Source: Bacillales bacterium UBA7029 (GTDB lineage: Bacteria > Bacillota_I > Bacilli_A > RFN20 > CAG-826). From it: a stretch of 64,000 nucleotides of DNA. The stretch spans positions 15,893 through 79,892 of the forward strand of contig DLBE01000043.1 of NCBI GenBank assembly GCA_002494205.1. Direction: 5' to 3'. The notes beneath the pieces were generated by a model that saw only the letters and a program-made list of their open reading frames with translations, made no database searches and was not told the DNA's origin. A program made the translations under genes and the position numbers. How positions within the stretch are numbered: the first letter of the stretch is position 1; each line of letters opens with the position of its first letter. Below are positions 27,163 through 36,778 of this stretch, in pieces.

Positions 27163-27996
27163 TTAATCAATATCTGGATTATCGGAGAAGTCACCAGTGT
27201 GATTCCAACAATCTAATAAAGTATCAGCTTTTGCGTTTTTATCTGTGCCATCGACACCAAACATAAGTTCGGTAACACCTTGATCATGATGGTTTTGAGT
27301 TGCTTTTTCTCCAAGCTCAACTAATAAAATTGTAGGAGCATAGAAGTTTGTTTCGTCAGCATCAATGAAACTATCAAGAGTTTTTGAGTCAACGTGAGAA
27401 CTATTGCAGTAAGGTGTATCTGCTACGTCAGAACCAGCTTTTTCAAAGAAGTTTTGATGACGTGCAAGGTATGCTGAGAAAGCAGTAACATTCTTTGAAG
27501 AATCTGTATCTTTGTTTTCATCATCAGTAAAGATGGTGACTAATTTAAACTCTTCTTTACGATCAACTTTACTTTTAAAGTAAGAAGTTTTGTTGAATTT
27601 ATCTTCGAAGATTGAGAAGGCTTCTTTTGCTCCATTACAACCTTCGCATTTTTTGTCTTTAGAAACAAATGCAACAAAGAATTTTTCACCACATTCTTTT
27701 CCGTATGATTTAGTAAATTCTTTGCTATCGCCTGTCATTGCGTCATAAAGTTTGGTAGTAAAATCATCAGCTTCTGATTTTGCTTCATTATCTAAAGATA
27801 GTTTAAATCTATTGAAGTAGGCGTTATATGTAGCTTGCTCAGATTTGCCATTTTTAACTGCGTTTACAATTGCAGGAATTGAGAAAATAACACCAAAAAT
27901 AATTCCGACAATTAAGAGTGGTTGGATCCAAGCAGTTTGTTTGATCCAGTCCCAAATCTTTTTAAAGAATCTTCCGATTGCTGATAAAATTACCAT
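27163..27996 (-). CDS. membrane-anchored hypothetical protein (N-terminal TM, Cys-containing extracytoplasmic domain)
   Basis: 277 aa; one TM near the N-terminus; SD GGAGGT upstream. No recognisable domain. Confidence 0.5.
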   Translation of the reverse strand: MVILSAIGRFFKKIWDWIKQTAWIQPLLIVGIIFGVIFSIPAIVNAVKNGKSEQATYNAYFNRFKLSLDNEAKSEADDFTTKLYDAMTGDSKEFTKSYGKECGEKFFVAFVSKDKKCEGCNGAKEAFSIFEDKFNKTSYFKSKVDRKEEFKLVTIFTDDENKDTDSSKNVTAFSAYLARHQNFFEKAGSDVADTPYCNSSHVDSKTLDSFIDADETNFYAPTILLVELGEKATQNHHDQGVTELMFGVDGTDKNAKADTLLDCWNHTGDFSDNPDID

Positions 27997-28146
27997 AATT
28001 TACTACCTCCGATACGAAGCGCTCGTATATTTTACCACTATATTTATATAGACTCAATACAAAATTTGTGAAGACATTTATGTCTCATTAAAACTATTAA
28101 ATTTAGTTGAATTATACGTAGAAACGTATAGAATAATGTTGTCTTT

Positions 28147-29157
28147 ATGAAATTATTACGAAAAAAACTTAGCTCAATTGCATACGATCACCTTTGGCTA
28201 AAATATGTTTTAGACTATGGTTTATCACTTTTAGCAACTTTAGCAAGTGCTGCTATTTTCGTATTTGGGATGGTTGTTTTCCTTGAACCTGGACTTGTAG
28301 GTGCTTCAACACCTGACCTGCCTGCACCTGCATTAGTTTCTGGTGGCTCAAGTGGTGCTGCTCAGGTTATAAAATTAATAATCAATATTTTTGCGAAACT
28401 TGATGAGAAAAATGAAAGATTGCTTCTTTCTGGTTTATACATTGCAATAAATATTCCTCTTTTGGTTCTCGCATTTAAGGGTGTTGGAAAGCGTTTTGCT
28501 ATTTTTACACTTATTAACGTTGCATCAGTAGCGTTGTTTACAAATATTTTTAAAGGTGAATTCTTCACTAATGTTGCATTATTTGTTAACAAAAACGGAA
28601 ACATGTTAACGCGTGCACTATTTGCTGGTATGTGTACAGGATTAAGCAGCGCAATCGCATATAAAATTGATACATCCGCAGGTGGTTTTGACATAGTTTC
28701 GTTCTATATTTCTGCCAAAAAAGGGCAGTTAGCTGGTAAGTACGGAATGTTCATTAACGGTACTGTTGTTGTCTCGTTCGCTATTGTTACTTCAATCTCC
28801 TCAAAAGACTTTGCCTCAGCTGTTGGTGGTATGTTATTCTCCTTTATATATTTATTAACAGTTATGTTGGTTATTGATGCAATCAACGTTCGTAATAAGA
28901 AAGCACAAATACAAATCACAACTTCGAATAAAGATTTGGCAAAATTACTTATTGCAAATATTCCTCATGGAGCGACAGTTGTTGACGCAAAAGGTGGTTT
29001 TACTGAGAACGAGAGAATAATGATTTATATGGTTGTCTCAACATCTGAAATAAAACGTTCAGTTCAAATAATTAGAGAACTTGATCCAAATAGCTTTGTT
29101 ATTGTCCAAACTTTGCATGGTGTCTATGGTAGATTCCATATGAGACCAATTAAATAA
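28147..29157 (+). CDS. YitT-family membrane protein (DUF161/DUF2179)
   Basis: Polytopic N-terminal domain plus C-terminal soluble DUF2179-like module IYMVVSTSEIKRSVQIIRELDPNSFVIV. Confidence 0.7.
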   Translation: MKLLRKKLSSIAYDHLWLKYVLDYGLSLLATLASAAIFVFGMVVFLEPGLVGASTPDLPAPALVSGGSSGAAQVIKLIINIFAKLDEKNERLLLSGLYIAINIPLLVLAFKGVGKRFAIFTLINVASVALFTNIFKGEFFTNVALFVNKNGNMLTRALFAGMCTGLSSAIAYKIDTSAGGFDIVSFYISAKKGQLAGKYGMFINGTVVVSFAIVTSISSKDFASAVGGMLFSFIYLLTVMLVIDAINVRNKKAQIQITTSNKDLAKLLIANIPHGATVVDAKGGFTENERIMIYMVVSTSEIKRSVQIIRELDPNSFVIVQTLHGVYGRFHMRPIK

Positions 29158-29678
29158 TGAAAAAATATAATGTACTTAAATGGATTATTTTCGCTATTGC
29201 ACTTGCGATTAATCTTTTTATTTTTATTAATGCATTTATAAATGGTGAGGTATCTGCAAAGGAATCAAATTCGATTGCGCATACAGCTGCTGATGTAATT
29301 AATGACATCAAACCTGAAACTATAACAAATGAGAATTTTCCTACTTTTGCTTTTAATTTAAGAAAAGCAGTTGGGCATTGTGGTTTGTTTGCTCTTTCTG
29401 GAGGATTTACAACATGGGCCCTTTATCTTTTTGTGAAGGATAAAAAAGTTGGCTATTTTGTTTGGCAATTGTTGATGACTTTTGGTTTTGGAATTTCACT
29501 CGCTGCAATAACTGAATTGGTTCAAATTGGAGTTGATGGAAGAGCCGGTACTTTTGCCGATCTCGGATATGACTCTCTTGGCTATTTTATTGGGGTTTTC
29601 CTGGTGTTTTTGATATTTTTAATACGAAAATCCCCAATATTTTTTAAGTCAAATTACAAAGAAAATCAGGCCAAATAG
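29157..29678 (+). CDS. VanZ-family membrane protein
   Basis: 173 aa; 4 TM; VanZ-like C-terminal region GVDGRAGTFADLGYDSLGYFIG. Confidence 0.6.
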   Translation: MKKYNVLKWIIFAIALAINLFIFINAFINGEVSAKESNSIAHTAADVINDIKPETITNENFPTFAFNLRKAVGHCGLFALSGGFTTWALYLFVKDKKVGYFVWQLLMTFGFGISLAAITELVQIGVDGRAGTFADLGYDSLGYFIGVFLVFLIFLIRKSPIFFKSNYKENQAK

Positions 29679-29700
29679 TGACCTGATTTTTTCTTTAATT
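29663..29700 (+). terminator. intrinsic terminator after the vanZ-like gene
   Basis: aatcagg-ccaaatagtga-cctgatt hairpin followed by ttttttc. Confidence 0.6.
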
Positions 29701-29702
29701 TC

Positions 29703-29793
29703 TGGCGGAGGAAAGGGGATTCGAACCCCTGCTAAACTTGCGCCTACTACCGGTTTTCGAAACCGACCCCTTCAACCACTTGGGTATTCCTCC
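29703..29793 (-). tRNA. tRNA-Ser (anticodon CGA)
   Basis: Reverse complement is GGAGGAATACCCAAGTGGTTGAAGGGGTCGGTTTCGAAAACCGGTAGTAGGCGCAAGTTTAGCAGGGGTTCGAATCCCCTTTCCTCCGCCA. Type-II tRNA; anticodon loop TTCGAAA. Confidence 0.85.
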
Positions 29794-29908
29794 GCTGAAA
29801 ATTATAACACAAACCAATTACTTTACTTACAAAAATATATAAATTACTTTGTTCACTTGATAAGGGCAATAAATCATAGATTTCCGGACTTATTTTTCTA
29901 AACATAGA

Positions 29909-29936
29909 TTGTATAAAATGCGTAATGCGATATAAT
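29909..29936 (+). promoter_or_regulatory. promoter TTGTAT-16-TATAAT placed 6 nt before ATG 29943 (leaderless)
   Basis: -35 at 29909-29914; -10 at 29931-29936. Confidence 0.45.
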
Positions 29937-29942
29937 ACAAGC

Positions 29943-31670
29943 ATGTGTTTTGCTAAGGTCGCAACTATTGGATGGTTAGAAATTGTATTCCTGTCTGTCG
30001 CAGGACTAGCTTTTCTTGCATTTATAGCAGTTAGTATTTTGTTTGCTATTTCTAACCATAGAGATGACAATCACATTAGAGAAATTAAAGATCTCTCAAA
30101 TTCTTTGAGAGTGTTTGTTATTGATATTAAAAACGATACAGTTAAGTATTTTAATTCTGCTCATCTAAGAGATCGAAAAACCTCTTCAATCACTTCTTTT
30201 TACAATCAATACAAATCAAAAGAACGTGAAATGCTAATTAACTGGATTGGAAATCTTTTAGAAAACAATGAAGAGACTCCAAAATTTCTTGAAATCGGTG
30301 TTTACATTAGATCTTCTAAGAAAACAGTCACTTCAATTTTGGAAGTTCAGAAAATAGATTATCAAAAACAATTAATTTTTATTGAATCGCATTTACTTCC
30401 AACAACATTTAAAGGAAAACATAAAGGTGATAAACCTGAATTCGTCAAAAAAGATTACTTATTTAAGAAAATTTCTGCAAGTAACGGCAAAGGTGCAACT
30501 TTCGCATTTAACTTCTATAACAAAAGAACAAAAACAAGCGATATCTCTCAACTTGTTTATGCTGACTTAAGAGATATTATGGTTGGTTTCACATCTGAAA
30601 ACATTTATGTTTTAGAAGAAAAATTTGGCCAGATTTTAGTTACAAACTTCGATATTAAAGGTAAAACCGAAATTAATGCCTTTATAGATACATTGAAATC
30701 TAGAATCAATAGATTCTTATTAATTAAATCTCACTCAGATGAAATTGAGTACACAATTGGTGTTATTGAAAATAGTGAGAGCTTTAGAGATGGCAATACA
30801 TTAATCAAAAACGCTCTTATGGTTGCTGATTTAACTAAGGATAGTGAAAATCAAATCGCATACTTTGATGATATAAAAACAATGTTAATTGATGACCAAG
30901 GAAAACAATTTAGGACCGATGTTCAAGAAGTTATCGAGGATAATAAACTTCGTTACTATTTCCAACCTATTTATAATGTTGATCGTGGTAGAGTTGTTGC
31001 TTATCAATCTTCTGTAGTTCCTTATGATTCTTATTTCCACGAAATTGATACTTTAAAGAACTACGCAATGAGAACTGAAGATGACAAGATGCTTTTCTCA
31101 ACAATTACGAAAAATATAATTTCACGTTTCATTCAAGAAAAGAATGATGAGAACGTTCAATTATTCTTCCCAGTTTCATTTAACGAAATTAACTTTGTTA
31201 ATAGATCACTTGGACATACAAATGGTGTTAGCGATATTAATATCGTTTTGGTCTTAAAAGAAAGAGACTTATCAGCTCTTCCTGATGAGTATGAAGAAGA
31301 AACTCTTATTAATGCTATTCGTTCATTTAAATCTAAGGGTTATGCAGTTGCACTTGAAATTGATGACGATATTCTTACTCTATCTCCAACACTTTATGGT
31401 TCATTCGACTATTTCAATTTATCTGTTGCAACACATATTTCTAAAAAGAATGCCGGTAGAAATTTACCTTCATTCCAAGGACTTATTGAGAAGTTACTTC
31501 ACTATGAAAAACCAATTGTCGCATTAGACATTCAAAGCTGGGATATCGTTGAACTAGTCTATAGACTAGGTGTTCCAATTATATGTTCGGATGCAATCGC
31601 ACCTCCAGCGGAAAATATCATGCCAATTCAACGTAAAATCGTTACAAAAATTAGAAATCTTAAACAATGA
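29943..31670 (+). CDS. membrane-anchored protein with a degenerate (catalytically inactive) EAL-like domain
   Basis: N-terminal TM helix. The C-terminal ~250 aa follow EAL topology (LRYYFQPIYNVDRGRVVAYQSS; FFPVSFNEI; YAVALEIDDD; PIVALDIQSWD) but lack the EAL, DDFGTG and EGVE catalytic residues. Confidence 0.45.
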   Translation: MCFAKVATIGWLEIVFLSVAGLAFLAFIAVSILFAISNHRDDNHIREIKDLSNSLRVFVIDIKNDTVKYFNSAHLRDRKTSSITSFYNQYKSKEREMLINWIGNLLENNEETPKFLEIGVYIRSSKKTVTSILEVQKIDYQKQLIFIESHLLPTTFKGKHKGDKPEFVKKDYLFKKISASNGKGATFAFNFYNKRTKTSDISQLVYADLRDIMVGFTSENIYVLEEKFGQILVTNFDIKGKTEINAFIDTLKSRINRFLLIKSHSDEIEYTIGVIENSESFRDGNTLIKNALMVADLTKDSENQIAYFDDIKTMLIDDQGKQFRTDVQEVIEDNKLRYYFQPIYNVDRGRVVAYQSSVVPYDSYFHEIDTLKNYAMRTEDDKMLFSTITKNIISRFIQEKNDENVQLFFPVSFNEINFVNRSLGHTNGVSDINIVLVLKERDLSALPDEYEEETLINAIRSFKSKGYAVALEIDDDILTLSPTLYGSFDYFNLSVATHISKKNAGRNLPSFQGLIEKLLHYEKPIVALDIQSWDIVELVYRLGVPIICSDAIAPPAENIMPIQRKIVTKIRNLKQ

Positions 31671-31684
31671 AAAGGAGCTTAATT

Positions 31685-33112
31685 ATGGATATTAAAAATG
31701 AAGCTATAACAACCCAAGAACAAGACTTTGCTCAATGGTATACAGATGTATGTAAGAAAGCCGAATTAATGGATTATTCATCCGTTAAAGGTTTTATTAT
31801 TTATCGTCCTTATGGCTATGCCATTTGGGAACAAATCCAATCTTATCTTGATAAGAAATTTAAAAATGTTGGTGTAGAAAATGTTTATATGCCTTTGGTA
31901 ATTCCAGCATCTTTATTCCAAAAAGAAAAAGATCATATTGCTGGTTTTGCACCTGAAACTTTAATCGCTACTAAAGGTGGACAAGCCGTTTTAGATGATG
32001 AACTTATTATTCGGCCAACAAGTGAAGTTCTATTCTGCGAACATTACAAAAATGTAATTTCTTCTTATAGAGATTTACCAAAACGTTATAACCAATGGTG
32101 TAGCGTTGTGCGTTGGGAAAAGACAACTCGTCCATTCTTAAGAGGCTCTGAGTTCCTTTGGCAAGAAGGTCATACTATGTATGAAACCGAAGAAGAAGCT
32201 AGAAAAGACGCTTTAAGAATGCTTGAAATCTACGATGAAATGGGCAGAGAACTTCTTGCAGTTCCATTTGTTAAAGGAATTAAAACTGATAAAGAAAAAT
32301 TTGCTGGTGCAAAAGAAACTTATTCAATTGAAGCTCTTATGCCAGATGGAAAAGCTCTTCAAAGCGGAACAACACATTATTTTGGTGATGGATTTGCTAA
32401 AGCATTTGGCATTTCTTTCCAAAGTAAAGATCAAAAACTTTGTACTCCTCACCAAACTTCATGGGGAGTTTCAACTAGACTTTTAGGTTCAATTATCATG
32501 GTTCATGGAGATGATAACGGACTTGTTTTGCCTCCACGAGTAGCACCTGTTCAAGTCGTAATTGTACCTATTATGCAAAAGAATCCTGATGTCATGAAAA
32601 AGGCAATAGAATATAAAAATTGTCTAGAAAAAGCGGGAATTCGTGTAAAACTTGATGACTCAGATAGAAGTCCAGGATGGAAATTTGCTGAACACGAAAT
32701 GAAGGGAATTCCTCTAAGAGTCGAAATTGGACCAAGAGACGTTGGCCAAGGTGTTGCAGTTCTAGCAAAACGTAATGATGGCCAAAAGATTACGGTTCAA
32801 GACGCAGATGTTGTTAAAGAAGCTTTACGTCTTCTTGATGTAATTCACGAAGAAATGTATAAAAAAGCCTTCAAGTATCTACTTGAACATACAACAGAAG
32901 CACACTCTATTGAAGAACTTGAAAAAATTCTTGATCGTGGTGGATACGCAAAAGTTATGTGGTGCGGCGATAGAGCTTGTGAAGACAAGATTAAAGAACT
33001 CTATCAAGCAACCGCAAGATGCTTACCATTTGATCAAATACCATTCGAACATAAATGCTTAGTTTGTGGTAAAGAAGCTAAGAAAGTTGTCTTCTTCGCT
33101 AGAGCATATTAA
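31685..33112 (+). CDS. proS: proline--tRNA ligase (archaeal/eukaryotic-type ProRS)
   Basis: ~475 aa with a C-terminal zinc-binding tail CGDRACEDK...CLVCGK. ATG 31685 with SD AAAGGAG is preferred over overlapping ATG 31667. Confidence 0.9.
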   Translation: MDIKNEAITTQEQDFAQWYTDVCKKAELMDYSSVKGFIIYRPYGYAIWEQIQSYLDKKFKNVGVENVYMPLVIPASLFQKEKDHIAGFAPETLIATKGGQAVLDDELIIRPTSEVLFCEHYKNVISSYRDLPKRYNQWCSVVRWEKTTRPFLRGSEFLWQEGHTMYETEEEARKDALRMLEIYDEMGRELLAVPFVKGIKTDKEKFAGAKETYSIEALMPDGKALQSGTTHYFGDGFAKAFGISFQSKDQKLCTPHQTSWGVSTRLLGSIIMVHGDDNGLVLPPRVAPVQVVIVPIMQKNPDVMKKAIEYKNCLEKAGIRVKLDDSDRSPGWKFAEHEMKGIPLRVEIGPRDVGQGVAVLAKRNDGQKITVQDADVVKEALRLLDVIHEEMYKKAFKYLLEHTTEAHSIEELEKILDRGGYAKVMWCGDRACEDKIKELYQATARCLPFDQIPFEHKCLVCGKEAKKVVFFARAY

Positions 33113-33131
33113 TTATAAAAATTGTTGAAAA

Positions 33132-33160
33132 TTCCCAGAAATTCCTGGGTTTTTTCTTTA
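33132..33160 (+). terminator. intrinsic terminator after proS
   Basis: cccag-aaattc-ctggg hairpin followed by ttttttc. Confidence 0.6.
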
Positions 33161-33233
33161 TGTGCGCACATTTGTGCTTGCATATGAGAAATAAAGATAT
33201 AAAATAATTCAGGTTTAAGAAAGGAGACCAAAA

Positions 33234-33749
33234 ATGAACAAAGAAAAATTATCTAAAATCCTTACATTTGCTGTTGTTATAGCAATGGGTGTTCTTATTG
33301 CTATCTTTGGCACAGACGCAATTGATATTTATTTAGGTGTTGTCGCATGTGTGGCAGGTGTAGTTGTTTTAGCAGACACCATTTACTTATTAACAAGAAA
33401 AGAAAAACTTGTTGCGACTCCATTTATTGTTTCACTAGTTTTAATTGCTATTGGTATAACTTTATTTGCTGATTACATTTCTTTCGAATTATTTGTTAAG
33501 ATCTTAGTTGTTGTTATTTTAGGTACAGGTGTAGGACTTCTTTGCTATGGCATTTACTTACTTGCTCACAAAGAAACATCAGGAGGAATCCTCAATGCTG
33601 TCATGGGCGTTGTTGCTTTAGTTTTAGCAATTCTTTATATGGCAGTTCCTGATTTTTCTAAAGCATTCTGGATCATTGTTGGCATTGTAATTGCTGTCTA
33701 TGGTGCTTTAGGTCTTGTATTTACTATTGCTGACAAAAGCAGTAAATAA
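33234..33749 (+). CDS. small polytopic membrane protein (DUF308/HdeD-like repeats)
   Basis: 171 aa; repeated Gx3Ix2Gx3L helices; SD AAAGGAG. Confidence 0.5.
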   Translation: MNKEKLSKILTFAVVIAMGVLIAIFGTDAIDIYLGVVACVAGVVVLADTIYLLTRKEKLVATPFIVSLVLIAIGITLFADYISFELFVKILVVVILGTGVGLLCYGIYLLAHKETSGGILNAVMGVVALVLAILYMAVPDFSKAFWIIVGIVIAVYGALGLVFTIADKSSK

Positions 33750-33761
33750 TTAGAGAACAAA

Positions 33762-33792
33762 CAAAAAAGAGACATAAAGTCTCTTTTTTTAT
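33762..33792. terminator. bidirectional terminator between convergent genes
   Basis: agagac-ataaa-gtctct hairpin with A-run upstream and T-run downstream. Confidence 0.7.
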
Positions 33793-34229
33793 TTTAGCTT
33801 TTTATAGATTTCTAGGAAATCATTTGAGAGAGGATATTTTTCGATATCCTCTTCTTTTATAAAGAATATCTCACCCTCTTTAGATGATTTTAAGTTTCCC
33901 TTGAATGTCTTAGTTTTAAACAACATTGCAAGGTGTCTAACGTTATCTCCAAATTCGTTCCATTCAATGTAGCCTCGAGATTCCAGATCAGAAACTTCTA
34001 AACCAGTTTCTTCTTTCATTTCGCGAACAACGGCATCAACGATAAGTTCATCATCTTCAACGTGTCCGCCCGGGAAAGTAAGTCCTGGCCAATCTTTCTT
34101 CAAACGATTTTCAACCAAGAAAGAGCCATCATCTTTATAAACCATGCACATGATTGTAAGCTTGGTTTTCTTTTGCACGTGTGACTTATCTTTCTTAATA
34201 AAGTCTTTATCAATTCCGTTTTGAATCAT
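33789..34229 (-). CDS. NUDIX hydrolase
   Basis: Nudix box GGHVEDDELIVDAVVREMKEETGL. Confidence 0.85.
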   Translation of the reverse strand: MIQNGIDKDFIKKDKSHVQKKTKLTIMCMVYKDDGSFLVENRLKKDWPGLTFPGGHVEDDELIVDAVVREMKEETGLEVSDLESRGYIEWNEFGDNVRHLAMLFKTKTFKGNLKSSKEGEIFFIKEEDIEKYPLSNDFLEIYKKLK

Positions 34230-34230
34230 A

Positions 34231-34905
34231 TTAGAAATCTAATTTTTTAAGGTTTTTTGTGGATAATTTTATAACTAAAGCTTTAATAGCAATATAGATT
34301 CCGATTGCCGCTAAAAGTAGACCAAACTGTAAAATATAATTTGAGTTTGGAAGTCCAACAGTAAACATTTCTTCTGCGACAAAGAATGGAACCATGGTTA
34401 ATACACCACCAATAATTGCTGTTACAATAACTCCCACAAGCATATTAGCAATAATAGTTTTACCGGTTTTATAGAACCAAGGTAGATAAATCAAATCATA
34501 CACGGAGAATGAGATTAAATATGCTGCTAGTAAAGCAATTGGTTGATGCATATTTAATGAAACCTGCATAGATTCTTTGCTATTTGCATCAAAAATAAAT
34601 GTTGCAACAGACATAAAAGCAAAAACCAAGAGAACTTCAAATAATTGAATAACAGCTACTGTTATCACACGTGCTTTAATTACATCTTCTCTTTTGATAG
34701 GAAGCGTGCATGTGTAATATAAGTCGTTGGTGGTTGTTGTCTTATTCATTCCTATAAATAGGAAAGTATATGTTGCAGCCATATAAATTAATGGCACAAA
34801 AGAAGGGAATGCCGGAGAAAGAGCAGACATCGACATAAGTATGATGAGTAAATACGCTAGAGGTGGTACAGCTAGTTTGAACTCTTTATAAAGCAAATGT
34901 TTCAT
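34231..34905 (-). CDS. ABC-2-type transporter permease
   Basis: 224 aa; 6 TM; overlaps the upstream ATPase gene. Confidence 0.6.
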   Translation of the reverse strand: MKHLLYKEFKLAVPPLAYLLIILMSMSALSPAFPSFVPLIYMAATYTFLFIGMNKTTTTNDLYYTCTLPIKREDVIKARVITVAVIQLFEVLLVFAFMSVATFIFDANSKESMQVSLNMHQPIALLAAYLISFSVYDLIYLPWFYKTGKTIIANMLVGVIVTAIIGGVLTMVPFFVAEEMFTVGLPNSNYILQFGLLLAAIGIYIAIKALVIKLSTKNLKKLDF

Positions 34906-35758
34906 CTTCTAAATCATCCTTTCTTTCTTCATAAACCATAATTGTGTCTAAATCTGGTTTAGATTGTTTAATTTTTGCGGAAATTCCTTTAGATTTTTCA
35001 CTTGGAATAAGGGCTGTAAATTCTTTTCCGTCTTCCTTGTGAGAAACAATAAATTCTTTAACAGAATCGAATTCTGGCATAGGACCAGTAATGTACTTAT
35101 AGTCATTAATGAATTCTTCTTTTGTCTTTGAGGAGATAATTTTTCCTTTTTTAATATAGACAATGTGATCAGCACATTTATCTAAATCTGAAGTGATGTG
35201 TGTTGAGAAAAGAATACTTCTTTTTCCATCTTTAACAATCATTTTAAAAATATCTAAGATTTCATCTCTACTTACTGGATCAATTCCAGATGTAGGTTCA
35301 TCTAAAATTAGTAATTTCGCACCATGAGAAAGAGCTACAGCAAGGTTATATTTAACCTTCATACCGCTTGAAAGTTCTTTTATTTTCTTATTTTGATCTA
35401 ATGAGAATCTTTTACAAAGTTTTTCATAAGTATCTTGATTCCAGTTTGGGTAAAATTTACTTGTAACTTTAGTTAAGTTTCCAATTTTTGCATCTGGGTA
35501 GAACATTGTCTCGGCAAGTGTAAAGCCCATTTCTTGTCTGTTTTCGGTTTCATGTTCGTAAATATCTCTACCAAAAACTTTAATTTCGCCTTTGTTTAGA
35601 TGAATAAGTCCCATGATTCCTTTTAAAGTGGTTGTTTTACCTGCGCCATTACGACCAATAAATCCACAAATTGAGCCTTCTTCAATATCGAAGGAGACAT
35701 CATCAAGCTTAAATGAAGGATATTCTTTGGTTATATTTTTAACTTCTAAAATACTCAT
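34886..35758 (-). CDS. ABC transporter ATP-binding protein
   Basis: Walker A GRNGAGKTT; signature LSSGMK; Walker B LLILDEPTSG. Confidence 0.9.
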   Translation of the reverse strand: MSILEVKNITKEYPSFKLDDVSFDIEEGSICGFIGRNGAGKTTTLKGIMGLIHLNKGEIKVFGRDIYEHETENRQEMGFTLAETMFYPDAKIGNLTKVTSKFYPNWNQDTYEKLCKRFSLDQNKKIKELSSGMKVKYNLAVALSHGAKLLILDEPTSGIDPVSRDEILDIFKMIVKDGKRSILFSTHITSDLDKCADHIVYIKKGKIISSKTKEEFINDYKYITGPMPEFDSVKEFIVSHKEDGKEFTALIPSEKSKGISAKIKQSKPDLDTIMVYEERKDDLEDETFAL

Positions 35759-35961
35759 TTACCTATGACTCCTTTCTGCATAAGTTCATAAACTGCATCG
35801 CTTTTCATTAATGCGATGCCTTTTTCTTTGTCTCCTAAAAACATTAACGTATCGCCTGGAGAAATGTTAAACATTTCCCTAGCTTCTTTAGGAACAATAA
35901 TTTGACCTTTTTCGCCAACTTTTACGGAGACAATGAATCGATCTTTTGAGATATTTTTCAT
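35755..35961 (-). CDS. AbrB/MazE/SpoVT-family DNA-binding protein
   Basis: 68 aa; swapped-hairpin motif GQIIVPKEAREMFNISPGDTLMF. First gene of a three-gene operon with the ABC transporter. Confidence 0.7.
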   Translation of the reverse strand: MKNISKDRFIVSVKVGEKGQIIVPKEAREMFNISPGDTLMFLGDKEKGIALMKSDAVYELMQKGVIGK

Positions 35962-36016
35962 TTCCTACTTTTCCTACTTTTCATACTATATTATATTCTT
36001 ATTTAAACAAAATAAA

Positions 36017-36040
36017 AGGGGAAGATTAACTTCCCCAATA
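36017..36040 (-). terminator. intrinsic terminator after nagB
   Basis: ggggaag-attaa-cttcccc hairpin; A-run on plus gives a T-run on minus. Confidence 0.7.
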
Positions 36041-36054
36041 ATGTTTAAGTAACA

Positions 36055-36777
36055 TTACTTACAAAGTGAATATGCATCTTCATCAACATAGACTGTAACA
36101 TCTGGATGTTTTTGAAGAATGGAACAAGGCATTGATTCAACAACTGGTCCTTTAATTAAGCCATAGACTGCTTTTGCTTTGTTCTTACCAGTAGCGATAA
36201 GAACAATTTTTTTAGCATTCATAATGGACTTAAGTCCCATTGTAACTGCACGTGTAGGAACTTCCGAAATATCATTGAATAATCTTGAGTTATCTTTGAT
36301 AGTTTGCTCAGTAAGTTCGGTTTCGTGTGTTAATGAATCAAATGGTGTACCTGGTTCATTAAATGCGATGTGGCCATCACTGCCAATACCAAGAATTTGA
36401 ATATCAATTCCGCCTGCTTTTGCAATCATGTCATCATATTCGTTCATGAATTTCTTATAATCTCCAACACCGAGTAAGACGTTTGTGTTTTTCTTATCGA
36501 TATCGATGTGATTGAATAAATTTTCATTCATGAAGTAACGATATGATTGATTATGTGTTCCTTCAAGGCCAACATATTCATCAAGGTTAAATGTTTTACA
36601 TTTAGCAAATGAAACTCTACCTTCTTTATTAGCTTTTGCCAAATTGGCATAAACATCAAGAGGAGATGTTCCTGTTGCAAGTCCTAAGACTGCATTTGGT
36701 TTTTTATTAACAACTTCGATGAAGTCTTCTGCAATCATTTTTGAGATGACTTCGTTTGTATTTACTACAACTTTCAT
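36055..36777 (-). CDS. nagB: glucosamine-6-phosphate deaminase
   Basis: GLATGTSP, DEYVGL, GIGSDGHIAFNEPG motifs. Confidence 0.9.
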   Translation of the reverse strand: MKVVVNTNEVISKMIAEDFIEVVNKKPNAVLGLATGTSPLDVYANLAKANKEGRVSFAKCKTFNLDEYVGLEGTHNQSYRYFMNENLFNHIDIDKKNTNVLLGVGDYKKFMNEYDDMIAKAGGIDIQILGIGSDGHIAFNEPGTPFDSLTHETELTEQTIKDNSRLFNDISEVPTRAVTMGLKSIMNAKKIVLIATGKNKAKAVYGLIKGPVVESMPCSILQKHPDVTVYVDEDAYSLCK

Positions 36778-36778
36778 T

